Positions 9,040 through 17,766 of a stretch of 34,153 nt of DNA are shown here, piece after piece. The stretch is from assembly GCA_041548245.1 (NCBI GenBank), contig JBFESZ010000012.1:1-34153 (forward strand), given 5' to 3'. The notes under the pieces were generated by a model. It was given only the letters and a program-made list of their open reading frames with translations. It was not told where the DNA came from and searched no databases. The stretch comes from Sulfurimonadaceae bacterium. Its GTDB lineage: Bacteria > Campylobacterota > Campylobacteria > Campylobacterales > Sulfurimonadaceae. A program made the position numbers and the translations under genes. Numbering within the stretch: position 1 is the first letter of the stretch; every line of letters begins with the position of its first letter.

Positions 9040-10251
9040 ATGTACCGACTTGTTTTCCTTCTTTTATTGCCTTGCTTACTGTCTGCGTCTCAGGTGGAAT
9101 TTTCCAAATGGGAAAGCGGTGAAACATTTTTAAATTTTTTAGAAAAGTATAACCTTCCGCAAAAGATATACTATGATCTGGACAAGGATGACCAGACTAT
9201 TACTGAAGAGATCTATGCAGGGGTTAATGTACAGTTACTGCGCGATAACAACAACACGATAGAACAGGTACTTATCCCGGTCAGTGACGAGCTACAGTTG
9301 CATTTGTACAAAGAAGATGGAAAATACAAATTTGAATCGGTTCCTATCATATATACAAAACGACAAGAGGCTTTTACCGTTGAGATAGAGAGTTCTCCGT
9401 ATGTTGATATTGTCAAGGCTACGGGGTCAAAAAAACTGGCGCATCAGTTTGTCAGTGCTTTTAAGAACTCGCTGAACTTTCGCCGGAATCTACGCAGGGG
9501 TGATCATCTTGTGATGGTCTATGAGCAAAAGTACCGATTTGGCCGTCCTTTCAGTATGCCAGTATTACAGGTGGCGATGATAGAGATGAACAAGAAAAAG
9601 CATTATATCTATCTTAATAGTGATGGACGATATTATGATGAAAAGGGCATAGAAGCGGAAGGTTTCATGCTGAACCGCCCTGTGCGCGCTGCACGTGTCA
9701 GTTCAGGCTTCACAAAGCGACGTTTCCATCCAATACTTAAAAAATACCGGGCACACCTAGGCGTTGATTATGCGGCACGGCCTGGTACCCCAATCATGGC
9801 AGCGGGAAGTGGTCGGGTGATATTCGCAGGTTATACACGCGGATACGGCAAGTTGATCAAGATCCAGCATAGTGATGGTTATATGACACTTTATGCACAT
9901 CAAAGAGCTTTTAGAAAGGGTATAAAGAAAGGCAAGTTTGTTAAAAAAGGGGATGTGATTGGTTATGTGGGAAGTACAGGCCTCTCAAGCGGACCGCATC
10001 TACACTTCGGGTTATATAAAAATGGTAAGGCTCGCAATCCTGCGGGTGTGATACGCATCGCAACCAATAAACTTAAAGGTGAAAAACTTAATGCTTTCAA
10101 CCGTTTAAAGGATGAGTATAACAAGACGGTCGCTCTGCACCTGGCAGCGAAAACACAGATTGAGTTTACGGCGGATTTTGACAATGTTTACTATATCAAC
10201 GATGAAGAACTTTTACCTGATGTAAAAGGAGACCTACATGCATCGCTTTAA
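9040..10251 (+). CDS. Peptidoglycan DD-metalloendopeptidase, M23 family (Csd3/HdpA-like cell-shape peptidase)
   Basis: Signal peptide, WESGETFL N-terminal domain, RFHPIL..RAHLGVDY (HxxxD), YAH, GPHLHFG (HxH). Confidence 0.9.
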   Translation: MYRLVFLLLLPCLLSASQVEFSKWESGETFLNFLEKYNLPQKIYYDLDKDDQTITEEIYAGVNVQLLRDNNNTIEQVLIPVSDELQLHLYKEDGKYKFESVPIIYTKRQEAFTVEIESSPYVDIVKATGSKKLAHQFVSAFKNSLNFRRNLRRGDHLVMVYEQKYRFGRPFSMPVLQVAMIEMNKKKHYIYLNSDGRYYDEKGIEAEGFMLNRPVRAARVSSGFTKRRFHPILKKYRAHLGVDYAARPGTPIMAAGSGRVIFAGYTRGYGKLIKIQHSDGYMTLYAHQRAFRKGIKKGKFVKKGDVIGYVGSTGLSSGPHLHFGLYKNGKARNPAGVIRIATNKLKGEKLNAFNRLKDEYNKTVALHLAAKTQIEFTADFDNVYYINDEELLPDVKGDLHASL

Positions 10252-11590
10252 TGAGATGATGCACTCTTTCGAGCTGTATCTCGAAGATACAGAAGAGTAT
10301 AGTCTGCATCCCAGTGATATCGCCTATCTACTTAAGAAAGTTCGCAAGAAAGAGACTAAAGAGGCTTTCTTAAACCTCCTTGGAAAGATTCCCCATGATG
10401 TGCTTGGGGATGTACTTCTTGAACTTCCTGAAAATATCAAAGACGAAGCGATCGAAGCCCTTTCAACAGAAGAGCTTGCCGGTGCAATTGAAAATCTTGA
10501 GTCAGATGATGCCACGGACCTTTTTCAAGACATTGATGATCTTGATGAAGATAAATCAGAGGCCGTTGTCGCACATCTTGATGAAGAGTATAGAGAAGAT
10601 ATTGACAAACTTCGTCGTTATGAAGAGGATCAGGCCGGTGCATGGATGCAGACCGAGCTTTTTGATGCCAAGCTTGAAGAGAGTGTCCAAGAGGCTATTG
10701 ACAGACTGCGCCGCCTAAAAGAGGAAGGGGAGCTGGAAAACATCTATCAGCTCTTCTTGGTAGATGACAACAACAGGCTTCTTGCAGGGATATCCCTGGA
10801 AGACCTGATCGTAATGGACTTTAGTAGAAAGTTCAAAGACATATTGGCTGAAGATGACTATCACTTTTTGTCTGTTCAGGCGACAGAAGAGATCGAGAGT
10901 GTTGCGAAGATGTTTGAACAGTACGATCTCTCTGTCTTACCGGTCCTGGATTGGCAGGGCAAACTTGTGGGCAGGATCACTTCGGATGATATTTATGATG
11001 TCATCGAAGAAAAAGCGACAGAACAGATCTATAACCTTGCAGGGGTCAATGATGAAGCAGAGCAAGAAGAGAAGATGCTGGGTGTTTTCAAAAAACGTGC
11101 TTCATGGCTTGGGCTGAACCTTATCACAGCTGTTTTGGCTTCGATTGTCATCGGACTATTTGACAAGACATTGATGGCCTACATTCCTTTGGCTATTTTA
11201 ATGCCTATCGTCGCCTCTATGGGCGGGAATGCAGGGACGCAGACACTGACGGTAATGGTGCGTAAGATGGCTTTGGGTGATATTGACTTTGAGAATGCCA
11301 AAGAGGCCGTAAAGAAAGAGTTTCTCGTGGCTTTGTTTAATGGGCTGCTTTTCGCCGTTGTTGTCGGGGTCATGGCATATTTTTGGTTTCATATCGAGTT
11401 ATTGGGCCTTGTCATCGCTTTGGCTATGATTTTTAATCTGCTTGTGGCCGGTCTGTTTGGTGCACTCATCCCACTCTTTCTCAAGCGTCTCAATATCGAT
11501 CCGGCTGTGGGATCAACCGTCTTGTTGACGACAGCGACGGATGTGTTGGGCTTTTTTAGTTTCTTGGGTCTGGCAGCGCTCATTTTATGA
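10238..11590 (+). CDS. mgtE: Magnesium transporter MgtE
   Basis: Acidic N-domain, CBS pair, PIVASMGGNAGTQ, DPAVGS..LLTTATDV; 5 TM segments. Confidence 0.95.
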   Translation: MHRFNEMMHSFELYLEDTEEYSLHPSDIAYLLKKVRKKETKEAFLNLLGKIPHDVLGDVLLELPENIKDEAIEALSTEELAGAIENLESDDATDLFQDIDDLDEDKSEAVVAHLDEEYREDIDKLRRYEEDQAGAWMQTELFDAKLEESVQEAIDRLRRLKEEGELENIYQLFLVDDNNRLLAGISLEDLIVMDFSRKFKDILAEDDYHFLSVQATEEIESVAKMFEQYDLSVLPVLDWQGKLVGRITSDDIYDVIEEKATEQIYNLAGVNDEAEQEEKMLGVFKKRASWLGLNLITAVLASIVIGLFDKTLMAYIPLAILMPIVASMGGNAGTQTLTVMVRKMALGDIDFENAKEAVKKEFLVALFNGLLFAVVVGVMAYFWFHIELLGLVIALAMIFNLLVAGLFGALIPLFLKRLNIDPAVGSTVLLTTATDVLGFFSFLGLAALIL

Positions 11591-12147
11591 TCAGTGATAT
11601 CCGACTTAGTACATGTGAGGACTCTTCTTTTGTCAGGACACAGCGCATGCACTACAAGCAAAAAGGTGTCAGTAAAGCCTGGGATATGGTCCATGTGCAT
11701 GACAGCGTATCCGTTTTGATCTATCACAGAGACAGAAATGCCTTTGTTCTTGTCAAACAGTTCCGTCCTCCTGTTTACCTTAATAATAAAGATGGTTTTA
11801 CCTATGAACTGTGTGCAGGCATAGTAGACAAGGATACAAGCCTTGAACAGATTGCCAAAGAAGAGATTGATGAAGAGTGTGGCTATGAGGTGGCTCTTGA
11901 AAAGATAGAGAGAATCACTTCTTTTTACACAGCTGTTGGTTTTGCCGGAGCACAGCAGACCCTTTATTACTGTGAAGTAGATGAAAGTATGAAGGCACAT
12001 GAAGGTGGTGGCATACATGTAGAAGATATCGAGGTTGTCTATCTTGATGTTGAAGATGCGAAAGTCTTTATCTTTGATGAGCGAAAAAGTAAGACACCAG
12101 GGATTATGTTTGCCATGATGTGGTGGTTTGATCATAAAAGTGAATAG
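11587..12147 (+). CDS. NUDIX hydrolase (NudK/ADP-sugar pyrophosphatase-like)
   Basis: LVKQFRPPV and Nudix box AGIVD..AKEEIDEECGY. Confidence 0.88.
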   Translation: MISDIRLSTCEDSSFVRTQRMHYKQKGVSKAWDMVHVHDSVSVLIYHRDRNAFVLVKQFRPPVYLNNKDGFTYELCAGIVDKDTSLEQIAKEEIDEECGYEVALEKIERITSFYTAVGFAGAQQTLYYCEVDESMKAHEGGGIHVEDIEVVYLDVEDAKVFIFDERKSKTPGIMFAMMWWFDHKSE

Positions 12148-12273
12148 GGCTCTTATTAGCTGTTTTTGTCGTAGTACTGTATAATACGGCATAAAGACAG
12201 ATAAAAAAAACTCAAAAAATGAGACGGAAATTTTCATCTTCTTTTGAGTAAATGAATAAAATGGGATTATCTG

Positions 12274-12984
12274 ATGAAATCTGATAAAGTGTTCAATAAA
12301 CCGATTAAAAAACAGTTTGAGTTTGACGAAGAGGTAGCTGTCGTCTTTGATGATATGCTCTCACGCTCGGTTCCCTTTTATGATGAAGCGATGAAACTCA
12401 CCGCTCATTTTGCTACGATCAATCTAAGTGAAGGCGAACGGGTTTATGATCTTGGTTGCTCTACGGCCTCTTTACTCTTGCAAATAGAAAGAGATTCAGA
12501 ACACGAGATCAAGCTTATCGGTATTGATAACTCTGAAGCGATGTTGGCACAGGCTTCGAAAAAACTTCATGCTTTTGATTCAAAAATCGTATTGGAGTAC
12601 GGAGATATCTTGAACTTCGATTATAAAGAGGCGGCAGTTATCTGCAGTAACTATACTTTGCAGTTTGTACGTCCGCCTGTACGTGCAGAGTTTGTCAAGA
12701 AGATATATGATGCGCTTAAGCCCGGAGGTCTTTTTATCTTCAGCGAAAAGATCATTTCCAAAGACAGTGCTTTGAACAAACAGATGATAGATGTCTATTA
12801 TGATTATAAAAAAGCACAGGGCTACAGCGAATATGAAATTGTTCAAAAACGAGAAGCCTTGGAAAATGTACTGATACCCTATACAGAAGAAGAAAATATT
12901 CAGATGTTGAAAGAGGCGGGGTTCTCACATTGTGAATCTATTTTCAAATGGGTGAATTTCGAGACATTTATAGCAAGAAAATGA
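12274..12984 (+). CDS. cmoA: Carboxy-S-adenosyl-L-methionine synthase
   Basis: [50 protein letters not shown]. Confidence 0.95.
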   Translation: MKSDKVFNKPIKKQFEFDEEVAVVFDDMLSRSVPFYDEAMKLTAHFATINLSEGERVYDLGCSTASLLLQIERDSEHEIKLIGIDNSEAMLAQASKKLHAFDSKIVLEYGDILNFDYKEAAVICSNYTLQFVRPPVRAEFVKKIYDALKPGGLFIFSEKIISKDSALNKQMIDVYYDYKKAQGYSEYEIVQKREALENVLIPYTEEENIQMLKEAGFSHCESIFKWVNFETFIARK

Positions 12985-12991
12985 GATGGGT

Positions 12992-13249
12992 TTACCAAAC
13001 TACCTTGTGTTCCGGTTTGACATGTTCAGTATGGGTAACAACTTGTTTAGCTGATTCATAGGCTTGTACGGCACCGGCTTTGACATCTGAAAATTCGATG
13101 AGGTTCTTATCGCAATCACTACGATAGTAGCCTTGTACATCATAATATTCCCGACACTCATTGTAATAGGTGGCAGATATGCCTCGCTTGTTCATACAAC
13201 CGTTAAAAACTACAATACTAATAATTAAAAATATGATATTCTTGTACAT
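12992..13249 (-). CDS. Small lipoprotein of unknown function
   Basis: AGGA RBS; signal peptide with lipobox VFNG-C; Tyr-rich mature part with two further Cys (YYNECREYYDVQGYYRSDC). Confidence 0.8.
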   Translation of the reverse strand: MYKNIIFLIISIVVFNGCMNKRGISATYYNECREYYDVQGYYRSDCDKNLIEFSDVKAGAVQAYESAKQVVTHTEHVKPEHKVVW

Positions 13250-13272
13250 GAAATTGTCCTATGAAAATAGAT

Positions 13273-13289
13273 AAGCAAAAATAGTGCCA
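13273..13289 (-). promoter_or_regulatory. sigma54 (RpoN) -24/-12 promoter
   Basis: Minus strand reads TGGCACTATTTTTGCTT: GG-N10-GC with consensus flanks. Predicted TSS near 13263, just upstream of the lipoprotein RBS. Confidence 0.8.
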
Positions 13290-13303
13290 TGAAAGAGGCT
13301 TAT

Positions 13304-14587
13304 ATGAGTGTCATAGATATATTTAAAACGATCTGCACAATTCCCCACTGTTCTCATCAAAGTGATAGGTTAAAAGGTTATATCATCGATCAGGCCACAG
13401 CTTATGGATATGAGGTTACAGTCGACAAGGTCGGCAATATACTCTGCGCGCATCCGGAAGCAAAGTTGATTCTGCAGTCACATTATGATATGGTCTGCAT
13501 AGGTCAAGCACCGCAACTGGAACTCTATGAAGAGGATGGGCATCTCAAAGCAAAAGAGAGCTCTTTGGGTGCAGATAACGGTATTGGTGTAGCCATGATG
13601 CTGGCTTTGCTTCGTGAAAAGGAAAAAGTATCGTGTCTGTTCACTACGGATGAAGAGGTAGGCTTGATCGGTGCTCAGAATCTTGGGATTGAGATAAAAG
13701 AGTCAGTAATGCTCAACCTGGATACGGAAGAGGAGGGACATGTCTATATCGGGTGTGCAGGTGGAGTAGATATCATTGCTACAAAACCTTTGCGTCGTAT
13801 TGATATCGATGAAGAGGTGAGCTCATATGAGGTGGTCGTAGATGGGTTTCCTGGAGGACATTCAGGTGTTGATATCCATAAAAACATTCCTTCAGCTATT
13901 AAGCATCTAGCATCTTTTTTGGTCCATATACCGCACTATCTTATTGCAATCAACGGCGGTGAACGAAGGAACTCTATCTCAAAATATGCTTCCGCCATTA
14001 TCAGTGTGCCTGCCGGTGTGATACTTGATACCATGGTAGATCACATCAGGGTCAACAAACTGGATACGGCGCATAAGAAGATGATCTATCAAGGTCATAA
14101 AGTCATAGAGGCGATCCATGCTTTCGCACAGGGAGTTCGATCGATGAACAATGAATTGAATATCGTACAGAACAGCATTAACCTTGCATTGGTAAGTACT
14201 GAAGAGCAGGAATTGAAACTTACTTTAAGTGCCCGTTCCATGGATAGTGAAGAGCTGATGTGTCTAGCCGATGAAACAAGCTGTTTCTTCAAGGCATTTG
14301 ATTTTACCACCTCTTTGGAAGGAGCCTATCCGGCTTGGAAGCCAGAGTCAAATGCCTTTGCACAAAAAGTTCAAAAAGTGTGTCAAAGACATTTTGAAAA
14401 AGCGGATTTTATGGCAATACATGCCGGGTTGGAATGCGCATTATTAAAACAGTATGCACCTCATTTGGATATATGTTCCATCGGTCCGAATATCTACAAT
14501 CCCCACTCTTCACGTGAATCGGTAGAGGTTGCCTCTGTGGAGAGGGTTTTTGCAGCATTAAAAGAGATTGTAAAGGATGAGTTTTGA
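13304..14587 (+). CDS. pepD: Aminoacyl-histidine dipeptidase, M20 family
   Basis: QSHYDMV, LGADNG, DEEVG, NLDTEE, GGHSG, IHAGLEC, PHS..E. A GAGG RBS favours ATG 13304 over 13289. Confidence 0.88.
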   Translation: MSVIDIFKTICTIPHCSHQSDRLKGYIIDQATAYGYEVTVDKVGNILCAHPEAKLILQSHYDMVCIGQAPQLELYEEDGHLKAKESSLGADNGIGVAMMLALLREKEKVSCLFTTDEEVGLIGAQNLGIEIKESVMLNLDTEEEGHVYIGCAGGVDIIATKPLRRIDIDEEVSSYEVVVDGFPGGHSGVDIHKNIPSAIKHLASFLVHIPHYLIAINGGERRNSISKYASAIISVPAGVILDTMVDHIRVNKLDTAHKKMIYQGHKVIEAIHAFAQGVRSMNNELNIVQNSINLALVSTEEQELKLTLSARSMDSEELMCLADETSCFFKAFDFTTSLEGAYPAWKPESNAFAQKVQKVCQRHFEKADFMAIHAGLECALLKQYAPHLDICSIGPNIYNPHSSRESVEVASVERVFAALKEIVKDEF

Positions 14588-14964
14588 AAGCAAGCATTTT
14601 AAGTGCACTGATATTTATTTCCATATTGACGAATGGGTGTACCGTTGTTGGCGTCGGTACGGCATCTGCCATTGGGGGGACCTATTATGTGACAGGAGAG
14701 ATAAAAGCATCCTATCCGGTGTCTATTTATCACCTGTACGAGGTGACGCTGTATACCTTTAAAACAGAGAATATTAAAATCATATCTGTATCAAACACCA
14801 AAGAGAATGCTGACATCATTGGTGAGATGGATGATGGGAAAAAGGTGGCTGTTCATATCTATTATAACGAAAAAGAAGAGGGGACTTTAGGAATTCGCAT
14901 TGGCTCAATTGGTGATGAGAAACGAAGCAGGGGATTGCTAAAAAAGATGGAAAGATATATCTGA
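14584..14964 (+). CDS. Lipoprotein, DUF3568-like
   Basis: TTG start after AAGGA, lipobox LTNG-C, Gly/Ala-rich segment, C-terminal IRIGSIGDEKRS motif. Confidence 0.65.
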   Translation: MKASILSALIFISILTNGCTVVGVGTASAIGGTYYVTGEIKASYPVSIYHLYEVTLYTFKTENIKIISVSNTKENADIIGEMDDGKKVAVHIYYNEKEEGTLGIRIGSIGDEKRSRGLLKKMERYI

Positions 14965-14979
14965 GTTCTTTGCTCTTTT

Positions 14980-15627
14980 TTATGCTGGTTTGAAACTTTT
15001 TGTTGTTTTGCAAAACTCCTGCAAGAAACATTCGCTATCACATTTTGGTTTTTGTGCCGTACAGATATAACGGCCAAAGAGAACCATGCCCTGATGCAGT
15101 TGGTGCAGGTTCGTCTTGAATTTTTTAGCGAGTTCCTCTTCTGTCTTTAAGGCTGTCTTTGCATCACTCAGACCCAGACGATGAGATACCCTAAAGACAT
15201 GGGTGTCGACAGCCATAAGATTAGCCTGTGTGTATTCGATCATCACGACATGGGCTGTCTTTTGCCCCACACCAGCCAGTGTGACCAGTTCTTTCTCGTC
15301 GAGCGGAACTTTACAGTTATAAGTATCGACGAGACGCTGTGCCATCTTAATAAGATTGATAGCTTTATTATTAAAAAACGAACAGGTATTAATGAGTGCT
15401 TTTACATCTTCAAGTTCAGCATTGGCCAGACTGATAGGATCGGGATATTTTTCAAACAGTGCAGGAGTGATGACATTAACACGTTTATCGGTACATTGCG
15501 CGGAAAGAGCCACAGCAATAACGAGTTCAAAAGCATTACGATAGTTCAACTCTGTTACAGCCTCATCATAACGTTGGATAAATACATCCTTAATGGCTTC
15601 AATCTCTTTTTTGGTTGCTTTTTTCAT
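14980..15627 (-). CDS. nth: Endonuclease III
   Basis: LSAQCTD.RVN, HhH LAGVGQKTA, AVDTHVFRV, C-terminal FeS Cys cluster. Confidence 0.97.
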   Translation of the reverse strand: MKKATKKEIEAIKDVFIQRYDEAVTELNYRNAFELVIAVALSAQCTDKRVNVITPALFEKYPDPISLANAELEDVKALINTCSFFNNKAINLIKMAQRLVDTYNCKVPLDEKELVTLAGVGQKTAHVVMIEYTQANLMAVDTHVFRVSHRLGLSDAKTALKTEEELAKKFKTNLHQLHQGMVLFGRYICTAQKPKCDSECFLQEFCKTTKSFKPA

Positions 15628-15634
15628 AAGTGAA

Positions 15635-15643
15635 AGTCTAGCA
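15635..15643 (-). promoter_or_regulatory. Extended -10 (TGcTAGACT), probably giving a leaderless nth transcript
   Basis: 7 nt from ATG 15627; no Shine-Dalgarno in the spacer TTCACTT. Confidence 0.6.
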
Positions 15644-15792
15644 GAGAAATCTTTATTAAGTTTTTAGAACTCTCAACTATGTCACAAAAGTTGGATAAAA
15701 CATCTTCAAAGTCGAAAATAAGATACTTTTTAACTCTATTTTAATTATAATATATGATAATGATTGAATTTTAGACGTCTTAAGGAATGTAT

Positions 15793-17757
15793 ATGGCCTC
15801 AATATTCTCGTGGTTTAGTTCTCATATGAAAAGTCAAGGACCGACTGCATCTGTCACAGCATCGATGGAAAAAGATGGCTATGTCAGTAAAGAGCTGTTT
15901 TATGAGATTTTAGACTTAGAGAGCAACACTATCCTATTCTTTACGAAGGATGAAGGATGGATCGGAGCCAACAAAGCTTTTTTTAACCGCTTTGAATTTG
16001 AAAACATTGCTGACTTTCGCAATAAGCATGAGAGTATCCGTGAACTGTTTGTAGAAGAATCAGAAGAGGTTTTTACCGAATATGATAAATCCTGGCTGGA
16101 CTATATCCGTATTCATAAAGAGGATGGTTATCGCGTTGTATTGCAGGATAAGGACAAGGTAAATATTCCATGTCGTGTAAAAGCTCGCAAGATTCGTCAA
16201 AACGGAAAAGAGCTCTATCTGCTTGAACTTGAGGACATCTCTGAGCTTGAAGCCGCTCGGTTAAAGACAGAAGAGGTTGAACGTCTTAAGAGCAAGTTCC
16301 TTGCCAACATCGGTCATGAGTTCAGAACCCCGATGAATGGTATCTTGGGCTTTATTGAGTTGATGGAAAAGAACAATGTTGATAATCAACAAAACGAGTA
16401 TCTGCAGATGATCAATATCTCGGCTCGCAATCTAATGGCAAACATTGAAAGTCTCCTTGATCTGGCTCAGATGCAAGGGGGTCGTTTAAAGATCAATGAA
16501 AGTGAGTTTAATCCTATTGCCGAATTGGAAGAGATGGCAAAACTGTATGCCGTTGAAGGAAGAAACAAAGGGATAAACACCTATTTCTACATTGATCCTA
16601 AACTACCGCAATATATGACGGGGGATCTTCGAAAGATCAAGCAGATACTCAACAATCTGATCAATAATGCCCTTAAGTTCACTAAACGCGGTGGAAAGGT
16701 TACCGTCGAGGTCAAGCTTTTAGGTAGGAATAATGATGGTACCTGCAGTATCGGTTTTGGTGTGAAAGATACAGGCAAAGGTATTTTAAAAGAGCATCTG
16801 GCCATGATCACACAGCCTTTTGTAGCAGGCGATCAAGCCGACAATCGTTTGGGAGTGGGTCTGAGCCTTTCTCACGGTCTTATCAAGATGATGGGTGGCG
16901 ATTTGAAAATTCATAGTGAGATAGAGAAGGGTTCTTCTTTTGGTTTTGCCTTGAATTTTGTATGTTCGGAAGAACAATCCTTCCACGTTGTCCAGAATCG
17001 TACGGCCAAGGTCGTATTGCTTGACGAGGCCTTGGTCGAAGACGCTAACCAGTTGACGATGTATCTTCGCAGCTTCTCAATGAACGTAATTAAAGTGAAT
17101 CAGATTGATGAAAACATCTATGAGGGTGCAGATCTTGTCTATCTTGTCGCTTCACAAGAGAAACCGGGGTGGATGCTGAAACTCGCAGGTATAAAGAAAC
17201 AGGGCAAGACAATCTTAGTCATAAACCCTGGAGAACAAGTGCAGACAAAAATGGCGCATATAATCGATCACACCTTTGTGAAGCCGATGCTGCCATCCAA
17301 GATCGCGAATCATCTTACTAAGATATTGCGACTTCCTAAGGCTGCTACAGCCTTACAAGAGTCTAAAACTCGCAAGGAAGCGATCCGTGCCTTGGTCGTT
17401 GAGGACAATCTCATCAATCAGCGTCTGATCAAGATCTTATTGCAGGAATACAACCTTCAGGTCACAACAGCAAGTGACGGGGAGGAAGCGGTGTCTCTAT
17501 GTATGTCGCATGATTATAATATCGTATTTATGGACATCGACATGCCGATTAAAGATGGTATCTTGGCAACACAAGAGATCAAACAACAAAGAAGTCCGAG
17601 TAAAAAACATATGCCTATTGTCGCTCTGACAGCTTTGGCTATGGAAGGCGATCGGGAGCATATTCTCGAAGAAGGGCTGGACGATTATCTTTCCAAACCT
17701 TTGACCCGTGAGAAACTTGAATATATCCTACAAAAACATCTACATTTGGGGATGTAA
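15793..17757 (+). CDS. Cytoplasmic hybrid sensor histidine kinase/response regulator (PAS-like - HisKA - HATPase - degenerate REC - REC)
   Basis: H box GHEFRTPMN, N box NLINNALKFT, G1 DTGKGI, REC VEDN..FMDIDMP..LTA..SKP; no TM helix. AAGGA spacing favours ATG 15793 over 15787. Confidence 0.92.
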   Translation: MASIFSWFSSHMKSQGPTASVTASMEKDGYVSKELFYEILDLESNTILFFTKDEGWIGANKAFFNRFEFENIADFRNKHESIRELFVEESEEVFTEYDKSWLDYIRIHKEDGYRVVLQDKDKVNIPCRVKARKIRQNGKELYLLELEDISELEAARLKTEEVERLKSKFLANIGHEFRTPMNGILGFIELMEKNNVDNQQNEYLQMINISARNLMANIESLLDLAQMQGGRLKINESEFNPIAELEEMAKLYAVEGRNKGINTYFYIDPKLPQYMTGDLRKIKQILNNLINNALKFTKRGGKVTVEVKLLGRNNDGTCSIGFGVKDTGKGILKEHLAMITQPFVAGDQADNRLGVGLSLSHGLIKMMGGDLKIHSEIEKGSSFGFALNFVCSEEQSFHVVQNRTAKVVLLDEALVEDANQLTMYLRSFSMNVIKVNQIDENIYEGADLVYLVASQEKPGWMLKLAGIKKQGKTILVINPGEQVQTKMAHIIDHTFVKPMLPSKIANHLTKILRLPKAATALQESKTRKEAIRALVVEDNLINQRLIKILLQEYNLQVTTASDGEEAVSLCMSHDYNIVFMDIDMPIKDGILATQEIKQQRSPSKKHMPIVALTALAMEGDREHILEEGLDDYLSKPLTREKLEYILQKHLHLGM

Positions 17758-17766
17758 GAGATTCAC

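Noticed and set aside
11389..12237. 282-aa antisense ORF spanning the NUDIX gene and the end of mgtE
   Set aside because: It shadows two well-conserved + strand genes, has no recognisable motif, a Phe/Leu/Ile-rich antisense composition and no clear RBS. A short toxin-like reading of its N-terminus is unsupported because there is no early stop.
15691..15720. Possible sigma28 promoter upstream of the kinases (TAAA...GTCGAAAA)
   Set aside because: Spacing and the -10 element match poorly; TATAAT at 15746-15751 is a simpler explanation.
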